Of a DNA stretch of 64,000 nucleotides, positions 12,296-26,864 are shown in pieces. Source of the DNA: an uncultured Planctomycetota bacterium. Lineage in GTDB: Bacteria > Planctomycetota > Planctomycetia > Isosphaerales > Isosphaeraceae. Every line of letters begins with the position of its first letter. The stretch's first letter is position 1. The stretch is taken from contig CAWJTV010000011.1 in assembly GCA_963845755.1 (NCBI GenBank), positions 1,248,001 through 1,312,000 on the forward strand, given 5' to 3'. Under the pieces are notes generated by a model. That model saw only the letters and a list, made by a program, of their open reading frames with translations. It did no database searches and was not told the origin of the DNA. The translations under genes and the position numbers were made by a program.

Positions 12296-12712
12296 GTGAA
12301 TCGAAGCGATTTCAAGCGATTGGCGGAACTGCGACTCCGAGAAGCTGACTCGCTTCTTGGCGCTCGCCATTTCTCCGGAGCGTATTACCTCAGTGGATAT
12401 GCGATCGAGTGCGCTCTGAAAGCCTGCATTGCCAAGAAGACCAGACGTTTCGACTTTCCCGAGTCTCCGGATACGATTCGACAGTATTCCTCGCACAAAC
12501 TCGAACAGCTTGTCATCGCTGCCGGGTTGGGGACAAAATTAAAGAAAGCCAGCGATTCCGATTCGGTCTTCAGGGACTATTGGCTCATCGTCAGCAAGTG
12601 GTCCGAGCAGAGTCGATACCGGATCACTCTCGAGCCCGAAGCCGAAGCCCTCTTGGAGGCGGTCGGCAATCCCGATCACGGAGTCCTCTCATGGATCCAG
12701 TCCTTATGGTAA
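12296..12712 (+). CDS. HEPN domain protein (putative toxin/RNase)
   Basis: GAYYLSGYAIECALKACI, HKLEQL, WSEQSRY. GTG start. Lower GC than the flanks. Confidence 0.75.
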   Translation: MNRSDFKRLAELRLREADSLLGARHFSGAYYLSGYAIECALKACIAKKTRRFDFPESPDTIRQYSSHKLEQLVIAAGLGTKLKKASDSDSVFRDYWLIVSKWSEQSRYRITLEPEAEALLEAVGNPDHGVLSWIQSLW

Positions 12713-13101
12713 GTGCCAGGCCGCTGCTGCCGGAAGTGATCGACGAAGGAAGGAGGCTGATTCGAGTCCTTCACGAATCGCAGTTCGATGCCGTAGCGGC
12801 GTTTTGGGCCTTCCTGAGCGACCTGGAGCGGTGGCGGTTGTTGATCGCCTCTCGAGTTTATGACCGTGAAGGGCCCATCAAAGCGTATTCGCGTTTCGGA
12901 TCGATCTACGACCACATTACACCGCGATTAAGAGTCGCGATCACGGATGTCGAGCTCTTGAGTTGCGAGGATCATCGCGTGAAAGCCCTGCAAAAGCGAT
13001 TCCCCTTTAAGCGCGAGAAGGCTGATACCGTCATCGAACACACGAGCCTTGACGGGGAATACTTCGAGGCCGTTTACCTGTACCAGCTCTCGGAGATCTG
13101 A
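12706..13101 (+). CDS. Hypothetical protein overlapping the HEPN gene (candidate antitoxin)
   Basis: MVSARPLL...GRRLIRVL...AAFW...WRLLIAS...GPIKAY. Overlaps the HEPN stop. Start could be 12691 or 12706. Confidence 0.7.
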   Translation: MVSARPLLPEVIDEGRRLIRVLHESQFDAVAAFWAFLSDLERWRLLIASRVYDREGPIKAYSRFGSIYDHITPRLRVAITDVELLSCEDHRVKALQKRFPFKREKADTVIEHTSLDGEYFEAVYLYQLSEI

Positions 13102-13122
13102 ACGAAAACGGGCGGTGGTCTG

Positions 13123-13824
13123 ATGAAACACCGATCTCGTATCCTTGGGGTCGCGGCGTTCTTGATGCTCGGTCCCGCCAGGGCCGCGCTGGCCGGCATG
13201 CCGACGGTGATGCTGGACGACCTCGCCCGGATGCGGATTCAGACAATCTCGTTCTTCCTGCTGTGTTTCCTCCTGAGCTCGTGGGGCATCCAGCGGATCT
13301 GGAACGCGGCGCGTCGGGATTTCCCGCGTCTGCCTCATTTGAGCTACGCGCGCGCCAACGGCCTGGTCGCCTTGTGGGGCCTGCTGTTCGTCCTGGTGCT
13401 GACGATGATCTCGGGGGCGCGGGAGCTGATGACCCCCGGCGCGTGGAAGAAGCAGGGCTACACGTACAAGCTCGCCGAAGACGCGTCGGCGGTCGATCCG
13501 GCCGCCTCGCGGCATCAGATGGAAATGGAACGCCGCCGCGCGCTGGACGGCCTCCGTGCCGCGCTGTGGACCTATGCCCGGCATCATGACGGAAGGTTTC
13601 CGCCGAACTCCTCACCGCCGGAGATTCCCGATGACGCCTGGCTCGTGCCCGATCCGTCAGCGATGAGGTATCTCTACACTCCCGGCCTGGTCGCCGATCG
13701 CGGCGCCGCGCCGCTGGCCTATGAGCCTGCCATCTTCGAGGGGGATCGGTTCGTCCTGCTGACCAGCGGCGCGATCGTCCGGATGACCGAGGACGCGCTA
13801 CGCACCGCCCTGGACAGGAGGTAA
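13123..13824 (+). CDS. Hypothetical membrane protein
   Basis: 233-aa ORF with a signal peptide and two further hydrophobic segments; 5 bp from the next gene. Confidence 0.7.
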   Translation: MKHRSRILGVAAFLMLGPARAALAGMPTVMLDDLARMRIQTISFFLLCFLLSSWGIQRIWNAARRDFPRLPHLSYARANGLVALWGLLFVLVLTMISGARELMTPGAWKKQGYTYKLAEDASAVDPAASRHQMEMERRRALDGLRAALWTYARHHDGRFPPNSSPPEIPDDAWLVPDPSAMRYLYTPGLVADRGAAPLAYEPAIFEGDRFVLLTSGAIVRMTEDALRTALDRR

Positions 13825-13829
13825 TCGCC

Positions 13830-14868
13830 GTGAGGCCATGGTTCGTCCGCGCCGTCCTCGGATTCCTGGTGCTGTTCTTGATGGTCTGCATCGGGTTCCT
13901 GGCGCCGATCGACTTCGCGGTCGCCCTGCTCTTCGGCTGGGTCGTCTACCTGTACCGGGTCCTGCCCGAGGTCCGCACCAACTGGTGGGGCCTGGCGACG
14001 GCCATCGCCTGCCTGGTCCCGCTCGCGATCGGCACTCACCTCTTCCTCGCCTGGTTCTCCAGGCAACCGGATGATGCCAAGGCGGTCCTCGAGCGTCGCT
14101 GGCGATGGCGATGGACCGGCTGGCTGATCGCGGGCGTCGTACTCATGTTCGTTGCGGGGTTGGCCGCGGGAGGCGTCGCGCACCAGATCGGCTGGCTGAT
14201 CAACGCTCCCGAGCCCCTCGTGAACGCCGATGGTGGTGGCCGCTCGGCCGCCCGGCGCGCCGCAATCCACGAACAATCTCAAGCAGATGGGACTGGCCCT
14301 TTACTACTACCATGAGAAGCACGGGACGTTTCTGCCCGGAGCCACCTTCGACCGCGTCGGCCGTCCTCTCCATGGCTGGCAAGCGATGATCCTGCCGGAT
14401 ATCGAGCATCAGGAACTCTCCGACCAGATCGACTTCGCCATCCCCTGGGACGCGCCGCGCAACGCCGAGGCATTCCGGACCGAGGTGACCGTGTACCAGA
14501 TTCCCGGGATCAACCAAAAGAAGGACGCGGCCGGCTCCGCGCTGAGCCACTACGCCGGCAACGTCCACATGCTCGGCAGCGATCGACGATGGACCACGAA
14601 GGATGTGACCGATGGTGCGTCGAACACGGTGATGGCCGGCGAGGTCGCCAGCCACTTCAAGCCGTGGGGCGATCCGATCAACCGGCGCGATCCCGCGCTC
14701 GGCGTCAACCGCTCGCCGGACGGGTTCGGCAGCCCGTTCGTCGGCGGCGCGAACTTCCTGTTCGTCGACGGCTCGGTGCGCTTCATCAAGAACGCGATCG
14801 ACCCGAGTGTCCTCAAGGCTTTGGGCACGCCGAAGGGTGGCGAACGGGCCTCGGCCGAGCAATACTGA
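13830..14868 (+). CDS. Membrane-anchored DUF1559 domain protein; frameshift near 14255
   Basis: Several TM segments, then STNNLKQMGLAL...DVTDGASNTVMAGE...GANFLFVDGSVRFI. Confidence 0.78.
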
Positions 14869-14875
14869 GCGTGTT

Positions 14876-14936
14876 CGTAGGTCAGGCTTTCCAGCCTGAC
14901 GATTTCTTGCCGTCAGGCTGGAAAGCCTGACCTACG
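14876..14936. repeat. GTAG-type REP doublet (perfect 26-bp inverted repeat)
   Basis: CGTAGGTCAGGCTTTCCAGCCTGACG-N9-CGTCAGGCTGGAAAGCCTGACCTACG. Each arm is itself a hairpin. Confidence 0.85.
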
Positions 14937-14966
14937 GGATGCCTCGGGACGAAAGGACAAGGATCC

Positions 14967-15833
14967 ATGCCAGCCCTCGAACCGTACATCGACGCCCACT
15001 CGCACATCTGGACGCCCGACGTCGCCCATTACCCGCTGGCGAAGGGTTTCACGGTCGCCGACATGCAGCCGAAGTCCTTCACGGCCGAGGAGCTGCTGAA
15101 GACCTGTCGGCCCGCGGGCGTGGGCCGCGTCAACCTGATCCAGATGAGCTACTACGAGTTCGATAACCGTTACATGCTGGACATGATCAAGTTGTATCCC
15201 GACCGGTTCGTCGGCACGGCCATTGTCAACCCGCTGGGCGACGATCCCGGCGCGCAATGCGCGACCTGGCCAAACAGGGCGTCCACGCCTTTCGCATCCA
15301 TCCGGGTTACAGCAAGCAGCCACCGGCGCGCTGGCTCGAGCCGCCCGGCTACCAGGCCATGTTCGCCACCGCCGCCCAGACCGGCCAGGCGCTCTCCTGC
15401 CTGATCGATCCCGGCGGGTTCCCCGAGGTCGAACCGCATGTGTCGGCGGTTCCCCGACACCAAGGTCATCATCGACCACCTCGGTCGCATCGGTGCCAGC
15501 CCCGACGGCTCGATCCACGATGCCGACGTCGCGGCCCTTTGCCGGCTCGCCGCGCATCGGAACCTCTTCGTCAAGGTGGGCGCCTTCTACGCCCTGGGCA
15601 AGAAGACGCCGCCGTATCTCGACCTGGCTCCCTTGATCCGCCGGGTGGTCCAGGCCTTCGGCGCCCGGAGATGCCTGTGGGAAAGCGACTGCCCCTTTCA
15701 GGTCGTCAAGCATCGTTATGAGGATAGCGTCGCCCTCATCCGCGACCACCTCGACTTCCTCAGCAAGGACGATCGCGACTGGCTCCTCGTTCGTACGGCC
15801 GAACGGACGTTGTTTCAACCTCTCAAGCCCTGA
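14967..15833 (+). CDS. Amidohydrolase_2 family protein; two frameshifts (about 15255 and 15430)
   Basis: IDAHSHIW, IIDHLG, FGARRCLWESDCPF. Confidence 0.82.
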
Positions 15834-15857
15834 CGCGGCCGAGAAGGAAGGCATTCG

Positions 15858-15928
15858 GGAAGGCTGAAGGCTGAAGGATGAGTCAAAACCCCACCGGTCT
15901 TGATTCATCCTTCAGCCTTCAGCCTTCC
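15858..15928. repeat. Heptamer-based inverted repeat, possibly a terminator
   Basis: GGAAGGCTGAAGGCTGAAGGATGA ... TCATCCTTCAGCCTTCAGCCTTCC, perfect 24-bp arms just after a stop codon. Confidence 0.7.
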
Positions 15929-16031
15929 GATAATCCGCCCTCGCCCGGTTTGCGGCAGGGGAGGGTTCTCCCTAGAATGAGATGGCTCCGTCCTCCTTCT
16001 TCCCGGAATTGAATGCCCGCTGAGGTGGCCG

Positions 16032-16838
16032 ATGTTTGGCGCCGTGTCCGAAACCCCTTACGACCTGCGATTCCGCCTGCTGGGCATCCCGGTCCGGGTT
16101 CATCCCTTCTTCTGGATCGCGGGACTGCTCCTGGCCGGCAACGTCCGGGACCTGTCGATCATCGTGATGTGGGTGGGCTGCGTGTTCATCTCGATCCTGA
16201 TCCACGAGTACGGACATGGATTGATGGCCATGAAGTTCGACTCCTCACCATCCATCGTGCTATGGATGGGCGGAGGCTTGTGTTATAGCCAGACAGAGCG
16301 TCAGACGCCCCTCCAACGGCTGGCGGTTGTGCTTAGCGGTCCGGGGGCGGGGTTCGTCTTCTGCGGCATCGTTATGCTGATTTACTCGATCCTTTATGGT
16401 GTGACACCGCGCGAGCACCTCAGTTTTGTGAGGTATCTGCTGAAGCTCCCCGACGATCGGGAAGGGCTAGGCGGCCTGCTCCAGAAACTCGATATCGGGG
16501 GCGAGACAGAGCGTGCCCGCATCCAACTGTACGGGAACCTGGTTTGGATCAACCTCTTGTGGGGCCTCATCAACCTCTTGCCGATCTTCCCGCTCGACGG
16601 GGGCCGGGTCAGCGAGATCCTGCTCACTTACGTAAACCGTTATGAGGGAAAACGATGGAGCCACACCGTTTCTCTCGTGATCGCGGGCCTGCTCGCCGTC
16701 GTCAGTATCCCCTTGACCAACTCCTACTTCCTCGCGGTGTTCTTCGGCTACTTCGCTTTCCTCAACTACCAGATCCTTCAGACGATCCACCGAGCCCAGG
16801 TCATGGGTCTGTACGACGATGACTGGTGGCGGCGATGA
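16032..16838 (+). CDS. Site-2 protease (peptidase M50) family protein
   Basis: HEYGH zinc motif, SGP and NLLPIFPLDGG. Confidence 0.9.
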   Translation: MFGAVSETPYDLRFRLLGIPVRVHPFFWIAGLLLAGNVRDLSIIVMWVGCVFISILIHEYGHGLMAMKFDSSPSIVLWMGGGLCYSQTERQTPLQRLAVVLSGPGAGFVFCGIVMLIYSILYGVTPREHLSFVRYLLKLPDDREGLGGLLQKLDIGGETERARIQLYGNLVWINLLWGLINLLPIFPLDGGRVSEILLTYVNRYEGKRWSHTVSLVIAGLLAVVSIPLTNSYFLAVFFGYFAFLNYQILQTIHRAQVMGLYDDDWWRR

Positions 16839-17388
16839 CCGATCGCCCCGCCGCGCATTGCCGGCGTGCCGGCCGGTCTGAGGGGTCGGGTCCGGGCGGC
16901 GACGGAACGCGCGGGACGTACCGGGACTCGCCGACTTCACACCTCCCCAACATCGAACGAGTCATTGCCGGCATGGATTGATTCGGGCGGTTCACGGTCG
17001 TATGATCGAGATAAGCGGAGGAGCGGGTGGATGCCGGGAAGCGACGAAACGGGCGATTTCCGGGAAGGGGCCGAGGTCCCCTCTTTCTTTCGGGCGGCTG
17101 ATGCACTAATCATGTACGGTCCCGATGGTGCGGTTGCCGGGAACAGAGATCAGTAGTCCGTGGTCCGTGGAGTGTGAAAGCCGGAAGATCGGGCGCGGGT
17201 CTCCGGGCACCCGCGGGGTCGCCGCCGGTGGGCGGAGGATTCGGCTCGATGAGAGTCCGGCGGGGTGGGTTTTCCACCTTCCACCTTCGGCCTTTCGGTG
17301 GTTGTGCTAGGCTTGATGAGAGTCCAGAGGGTGGATTTCCACCTTCATCATTCATCCTTCATCCTTCACGAAGCCTTTCCGAGATTTT

Positions 17389-19924
<2,536 letters not shown>

Positions 19925-20112
19925 GTAGAACAAACAAATCGGCTCGTGTTCACCGCCTATTGCCTACCGAAATCGGCTTGTATTCACCGCCTACTGCCTA
20001 CTACCGAAGCGACCGCTCTGGCCCGGGAGCGTCATATCGCGTAAGATTCGTCCCCGGTTGGCGAAAGCGAGCCGGAACGGAATCCCCTCGGTCCACGGAA
20101 GGAACGAACCCG

Positions 20113-20778
20113 ATGAAGATCCAGCACCCCTGGCTGGTCCGGTCGGTCGGCGTGGCGGGTGCCGCGCTGGTCCGGCAACTGGGCCGCACGCTGAAATACC
20201 ACTTCCGCTACCAGGACCCGCAAGTGGCGCCCGAGATGGCGCGTCAAACCGGCCAGCGGTACATCTACGCGTTTTTCCACGAGGTCATGCTGTTCCCGGC
20301 TTATTACTGGCCTTGGCCTGAGATGCACATCCTGATCAGCGACCACCGCGACGGCGAGCTGATCACGCAGGTCATCCGGCGGTTGGGATTCAGCGTGGTG
20401 CGGGGCTCGACCACGAGGGGCGGCACGCGCGCCCTCCGCGAGATGACCTTGCGGATCGACCGCGGCCACCTGTGCGTGACGCCGGATGGCCCGCGCGGCC
20501 CGCGCCGGCACGTCCATCAGGGCCTGGCCTACCTCGCCAGCCGGACCGGTTTCCCGATCGTCGGCGCCGGGATGGCCTTCCAGCGACCGTGGCGAGCTAA
20601 GAGCTGGGACCGGTTCTGCATTCCCCGCCCCTTCAGCCACGCCGCCTGCGTTGCCCCGGCGCCGGTCATGGTCCCCCCCGACGCCGACCGCGATACTCTC
20701 GAAGCGTGCCGCTTCGAAGTCGAGCGTCGCATGCAGGCCGCGATGCTCGAGGCCGAAGCCTGGGTGAGGGAGCTGTAG
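20113..20778 (+). CDS. DUF374 / lysophospholipid acyltransferase family protein
   Basis: ISDHRDGE, VRGSTTRGG, TPDGPRGP, SWDRFCIPRPF. Confidence 0.88.
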   Translation: MKIQHPWLVRSVGVAGAALVRQLGRTLKYHFRYQDPQVAPEMARQTGQRYIYAFFHEVMLFPAYYWPWPEMHILISDHRDGELITQVIRRLGFSVVRGSTTRGGTRALREMTLRIDRGHLCVTPDGPRGPRRHVHQGLAYLASRTGFPIVGAGMAFQRPWRAKSWDRFCIPRPFSHAACVAPAPVMVPPDADRDTLEACRFEVERRMQAAMLEAEAWVREL

Positions 20779-20868
20779 AGTCCGCGACTTGATCCTCGGC
20801 TCCGGTGGGGCCTCCGGCCGTGTGGCGTTTGCCTCCCACTGCGGAAAGGTCCTGTCCAGATCGAACAA

Positions 20869-21372
20869 TCACTTATGGTACTGTTCGTCGCTCACGTGCT
20901 CCAGCCAGTCGACGACCTTGCCGTCGAGCTGTTCCTGGATGGCGATATGCGTCATGGCCGTGGTCGGCGTGGCACCGTGCCAATGCTTCTCCCCCGGCGG
21001 GAACCAGACCACGTCGCCGGGACGGACTTCCTCGACCGAGCCGCCCTCGCGCTGGACCCGGCCGCAGCCGGCCGTGATGATCAGGGTCTGCCCCAGCGGA
21101 TGGGTGTGCCACGCCGTCCGGGCCCCGGGCTCGAACGTGACGCTGGCGCCGGCCGCACGTGCTGGGTCGTGCGCCTGGAACAACGGGTCGATGCGGACCG
21201 TGCCGGTAAACCAGTCGGCCGGTCCTTTGGCGGACGGCTGTGAGCCACTTCTCTTGATTTCCATGTGAAGCTCCGGATGTTGGGATAGGGAGGCGACGAC
21301 GGCGAAGTGAGTCACCAACGGTGCTGCGGCCGACCCCAGCCCTGCGGCAAGGAAGCGGCGGCGGTCTGTCAT
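20869..21372 (-). CDS. Cupin domain protein, possibly with a Tat-like leader (alternative start 21264)
   Basis: [42 protein letters not shown]. Confidence 0.88.
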   Translation of the reverse strand: MTDRRRFLAAGLGSAAAPLVTHFAVVASLSQHPELHMEIKRSGSQPSAKGPADWFTGTVRIDPLFQAHDPARAAGASVTFEPGARTAWHTHPLGQTLIITAGCGRVQREGGSVEEVRPGDVVWFPPGEKHWHGATPTTAMTHIAIQEQLDGKVVDWLEHVSDEQYHK

Positions 21373-21522
21373 GGCGGGACCGCGGTCGATGTCGTGATCG
21401 TGAGAAGTAGCCATACAGGTTGCCCTGTTCGAGTTACACCGCATAGATCCTGCGCGTCCGTCGGAACCGGCTTTTCAATCACGACCACGTCCACCGGCTG
21501 GCTTATGGGATGTGCTCGACGA

Positions 21523-21906
21523 TCACGCATCGGTCTCGCGCGGCATGACCTTGACCGTCGCCGAGCGGGCACTTGCCCCGATCATCGGGCTCAGATACGG
21601 GCTGCCGCGGTACTTCGCCCGGTAAGCCTCGTCGATGCGCTCGTTGATCGGACCATCGACTGGCTCGAAGGCGACTTCTTTCGTCATGCCGGCGGCCGAG
21701 ATGCACCCCGACTTCTGACGCACCGCGGCCCGGTACCAACGAGAGTTCTTCCCGTTGTACGCACGCACGTAGAGGGCGTCGTTGACCGTGACGGACCAGA
21801 TCCACGTCGGGGTGCCATACGTCGCCCCGTCCTCGCGGAAGGGTGAGATGTGCAGGTCGTCGGTCTCGGCGATCTTCCTCAGCTCGTCTCTCGACCAGGT
21901 GGTCAT
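21523..21906 (-). CDS. DUF2255 family protein
   Basis: MTTWSRDELRKIAETDDLHISPFREDG...GTPTWIW...YRAKY. GAGGAGG RBS. Confidence 0.85.
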   Translation of the reverse strand: MTTWSRDELRKIAETDDLHISPFREDGATYGTPTWIWSVTVNDALYVRAYNGKNSRWYRAAVRQKSGCISAAGMTKEVAFEPVDGPINERIDEAYRAKYRGSPYLSPMIGASARSATVKVMPRETDA

Positions 21907-22089
21907 CGCGGGTCCTCCTCGTAATTCGTTTCGGGCGATAGCAGGGTCTTGATCGCGCGGCGCTCGTCGATGAGCGTCGTTACGCCTCGGGAATGGCGTC
22001 GCGGCTGACGCCGTTCTCCGATGCATTCCCCAGAGGCTTCCTCCGGAGGATGACTGCGCCGTGCGTGCAGGTTTTCGATGGATGAGTCT

Positions 22090-22187
22090 CACGCGGAGAC
22101 ACGGAGAAACACCTATTCCGGTCGAGACGGTCCCTAACGGAATCCGATTGCTGAGGGGGTTCTCCGCGGGCTCCGCGTCTCCGCGTG
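22090..22187. repeat. REP-like inverted repeat
   Basis: CACGCGGAGACACGGAG ... CTCCGCGTCTCCGCGTG (17 bp, 1 mismatch). Confidence 0.65.
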
Positions 22188-22227
22188 AAATCTGGTCGTG
22201 AATCAAGGGGGTTACGGCGCGGCCGCG

Positions 22228-24214
22228 TTAGGGCAGGCACAACACGATAAGTTCCGCAGGGAGATTGGAGCCCCCAGTCGGGACGACGATGTATTGCTTG
22301 CCGTTCAGCATGTAGGTCATCGGCGCTCCCGTCGCGTTGCGTGGTAACGCCACTTCCCCAACCACCTTGCCGGTGGCCTTGTCGTAGGCGCAGAGTTTCG
22401 GCTCGTGGATCTCGAAGTCCGGCACCTTCACGGATCCCGGATCGGCGCTGGCCTCGCGTTGGATGGTGCGCTCGCGCTGAGTGTTGCCCTCTTGCCCGAC
22501 GATGAGCAGTCGTCTTCGTCAGGAGTACGTGACCGCGCGCGGCTCGCCCGAGGGGCGGGAGGCCAAGCTGTTTCAATGCAGGATTGCTTTGGGCCAGGTC
22601 GCCCATCGGTACCATCCATCGGTGGTCGCCCGTATTCATATCGATGGCAGTGATTCGCCCGTAGGGCGGTTTCCAGAGGGGGACGCCTCGCATCGTCTCC
22701 ATTGGAGCGAGCGTACCGGCAAAGTCGGCATGCGGTACCGGCGACTTCACCATCGTGGCCGCGTACGGGAGCGTGATCGACGGTACGTACAAGATCCCGG
22801 TCTCGGGGTCGAACGCCGCGCCCGCCCAGCTCGCTCCACCGGCGATGCCGGGCATCTGAATCGTGGGTTTCTGCAGGGACGGCGGCGTGAACAGCGGGCC
22901 GTAGTTGTACTTTTCGAGAACGGCCAGCGCGTCCTTGCGCAGCTCCGGCGTGAAGTCGATCACGTCGTTCTCCGTGATCCCCTGCCGGTCAAAGGGCGCG
23001 GGCTTGGTTGGGAAGGGCTGCGTTGGGGACAGTCTCTCGCCGGGCACCGTTGACTGCGGAACGGGCCGCTCTTCGATGGGCCAGATCGGTCTGCCTGTCA
23101 CACGGTCGAAGACGTAGCAGAAACCCTGCTTGCTTACCTGCGCGATGGCCTTGATGGGCTCTCCGTTCACCCGGAGGTCGACCAGGTTGGGCGCCGCAGG
23201 CAGGTCGTAGTCCCACACCCCGTGATGGGTCATCTGAAAGTGCCAGATACGCTTGCCGGTACGCGCATCCAGGCAGACCAGACTCTCTCCGAAGAGGCCA
23301 TGGCCGGGCCGCTGGCCACCGTAGAGATCGTTGGAGGGCGTGCCGAAGGGCAGATAGACGTAGCCCAGCGCCTCGTCCGCACTCATCAGCGTCCAGGCGT
23401 TGGCGCCGCCCGTCGTGTTCCAGGAACCCTGATCCCAGGTCTCGTTACCGAACTCTCCCTCTCCTGGGACGGAACGGAAGAGCCACTGCTGCTTGCCGGT
23501 GCGGACATCGAAGCCTCGCACGTCACCGGGCGGCATCTCCTTTGACAGGGGGAAATCGTGAACTTTCGACCCCATCACCACGACGTCGCGACAGATAATG
23601 GGTGGGGAGGAGACGCCGTACAGATGCCGATTGACAGGACGACCCAATCCCTGCGTCAGATCAATGCGCCCCTGTTGACCGAATGTGGAGATGAGCTTGC
23701 CTGTCTGCGCGTTCAGGCAGATCAGGTAACCGTCGCCGCTGCCGAACAGGATGCGTTGATCGTTCCCATCCGCCCAGTGGGCAACGCCGCGATGCACGAA
23801 GCCATTATTGGAGGGCGTTCCGTTTTTCCACGTCTCCGGGTCGTGGACCCACCGAGTTTTTCCTGTTGCAGCGTCGATGGCAGCGACCTGGGAGAGCGAG
23901 GTGCTGACATACAGGACGCCGCCGACCATGAGCGGGGTGGATTCCCACGTCCAGGTTTTTAGATCAGGATTCGCTTTTGCGATCTCCTCATCGGCGGATC
24001 GCCATGTCCACGCGACGCTCAAGCGATGGAAATTGTCTCCGCCGATCTGAGCGAGCGGCGAATACTTCGAACTGGCCTTGTCGCCGCCGTAGCTCGTCCA
24101 TTCCGTCGCCGGGCCCGGGACGTTCCTCGCCTGAGCATGCGCGAGACGGCCGACAGGCACACTCGGTGCGAGCAGGGCGGCCAACAGCAGAATCTTGTGC
24201 GCCCGACTGTTCAT
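22228..24214 (-). CDS. PQQ-dependent (quinoprotein glucose dehydrogenase-like) dehydrogenase; frameshifts near the C-terminus
   Basis: WTSYGGD...YSPLAQI, ESTPL, HHGVWDYDLP, PPYG. The C-terminal APMTYMLNGKQYIVV is in another frame. GGAGG RBS. Confidence 0.88.
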
Positions 24215-24449
24215 GGATCCTCCGAATCGAGTCATGCGTCTTCCCAATTTCTCGCCCGAGGTTGTCCAGCCAGAGCCCGAGAGGGCCCCCGCGGCGGTCT
24301 CCGAGGACGGCCGCGAGGAGTTCGATGCGTCGGGAGAGCCCCCGCATGGCTGCCGCGGAAGTCGAGTGCCGCAATCGGTGGGCATCCCGAGCGAGGGCCC
24401 GGATGGCTTGAGCGAACCGGGCCGGGTCCGAAAGCGAGTTCGTTCTCAT
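24215..24449 (-). CDS. Small hypothetical protein; 3' end uncertain
   Basis: MRTNSLSDP...LARDAHRLR...LWLDNLGRE fills the gap between the AKR and PQQ genes. As sequenced, the ORF runs on into the PQQ gene. Confidence 0.35.
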
Positions 24450-24467
24450 CCTGTACTCCTTCGCCGC

Positions 24468-25556
<1,089 letters not shown>

Positions 25557-25672
25557 TTATTAGAGGCCAACTGACCGGGGATGGAAAGGAACGTTCCTCC
25601 AAAAGGTTTGCCCAATTCTATTGGGACCTGGGCGAACTACCCGCGCCATGCGGAATATTGTAACCTGATCTT

Positions 25673-26605
25673 ATGGGAACCTCAGCAAGATCGGAGGATG
25701 GGATGAAAGGCCAGCGTGACAATCGCGAGCGGCTCGCGAGCCTCCTCGACGAGGTGGCCGTGCACGAGGGGGTCCATCAGACGCTCGTCGAGGGCGTGGA
25801 GGTGGTCCGCGTCTCGAAGTCGGTGCCCCGGGCCCCCGTGGTCTATGAGCCGAAGATCCTCATCGTCGGCCAGGGCCGTAAGCGGGCCTATCTCGGCGGC
25901 GAGGTCTACAGATACGACGCATACAATTACCTGGTCTTGTCCGTGCCGCTTCCGGCGGAGTGCGAGACCGAGGCGAGCCCCGAGGAGCCCTTACTACTCC
26001 TCGCCATCAACGTCGAGCCGACCATGCTCGGCGAGATGATGCTGGAGATGGACGAGTCCCCGGCGCTGGTTGGCCCGACGCCGCGGGCGATCTCCTCCAC
26101 CCCGATGACCGAGGAGCTGGGCGGAGCCATCTGCCGGCTGCTCGAATGCCTCAAGTCCCCGCTCGACAGCCGGATGCTCGGCCGCCAGACGGTCCGCGAG
26201 GTCGTCTATCGCGTGCTCCAGGGGGAACAGGGCGGGGCCCTGCGTGCCCTGGCCAGTCGGGACGAGCACTTATCCCGCATCGCCCGGGTCTTGAGGCACG
26301 TCCACGCCGAATACGCGAGGCCGCTCGGCGTCGAGGAGCTGGCGAGGAAGGCCGGGATGAGCGTCGCGGCTTTCCACCATTACTTCAAGCTCGTGACCGC
26401 CAGCTCGCCGCTCCAATACCTCAAGCGGATTCGGCTCGACCAGGCCAGGCGGCTCATGGCCCTTGACGGCTACAACGCGGGCACCGCCGCGAGGGCGGTC
26501 GGGTACGAGAGCCCGTCCCAGTTCAGCAGGGAGTTCAAGCGGCTCTTCGGCGTCACGCCCGTCGAGCAGGCCGAGCAGACAAGGGCCCGCCTCGTGGCCG
26601 GGTGA
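25673..26605 (+). CDS. AraC family regulator (AraC_N plus HTH, YqhC-like), divergent from the AKR gene
   Basis: YEPKILIVGQGRKR, SPLQYLKRIRL, VGYESPSQFSREFKRLFG. Confidence 0.92.
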   Translation: MGTSARSEDGMKGQRDNRERLASLLDEVAVHEGVHQTLVEGVEVVRVSKSVPRAPVVYEPKILIVGQGRKRAYLGGEVYRYDAYNYLVLSVPLPAECETEASPEEPLLLLAINVEPTMLGEMMLEMDESPALVGPTPRAISSTPMTEELGGAICRLLECLKSPLDSRMLGRQTVREVVYRVLQGEQGGALRALASRDEHLSRIARVLRHVHAEYARPLGVEELARKAGMSVAAFHHYFKLVTASSPLQYLKRIRLDQARRLMALDGYNAGTAARAVGYESPSQFSREFKRLFGVTPVEQAEQTRARLVAG

Positions 26606-26864
26606 TGCTTCCCAGAACGTGGCCCAGCGGCCTCTGGTCGGTCCGATCCCAGGGGCGCACTTCACTCGACCTCCTTGCGCGATTCCCACTGCGGCGGACG
26701 ACGCAATCGTCCAGGCCAAAGCCAGCGATACTGCGCGCTTTGGTCTGATCGTCCTGAGCGTTCGAGGGCTACTGCTCTCACACAAGTTTCGACCAATCCT
26801 GACACGCTACGACATCGCCGTGCTTCAATGGGAATCCGACGCTTGCTGCGATTCCTCATCCCAT

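Noticed and set aside
17040..17330. Hammerhead ribozyme (GATGAG / GACGAAAC-like words)
   Set aside because: No CUGANGA core with correctly ordered stems could be assembled.
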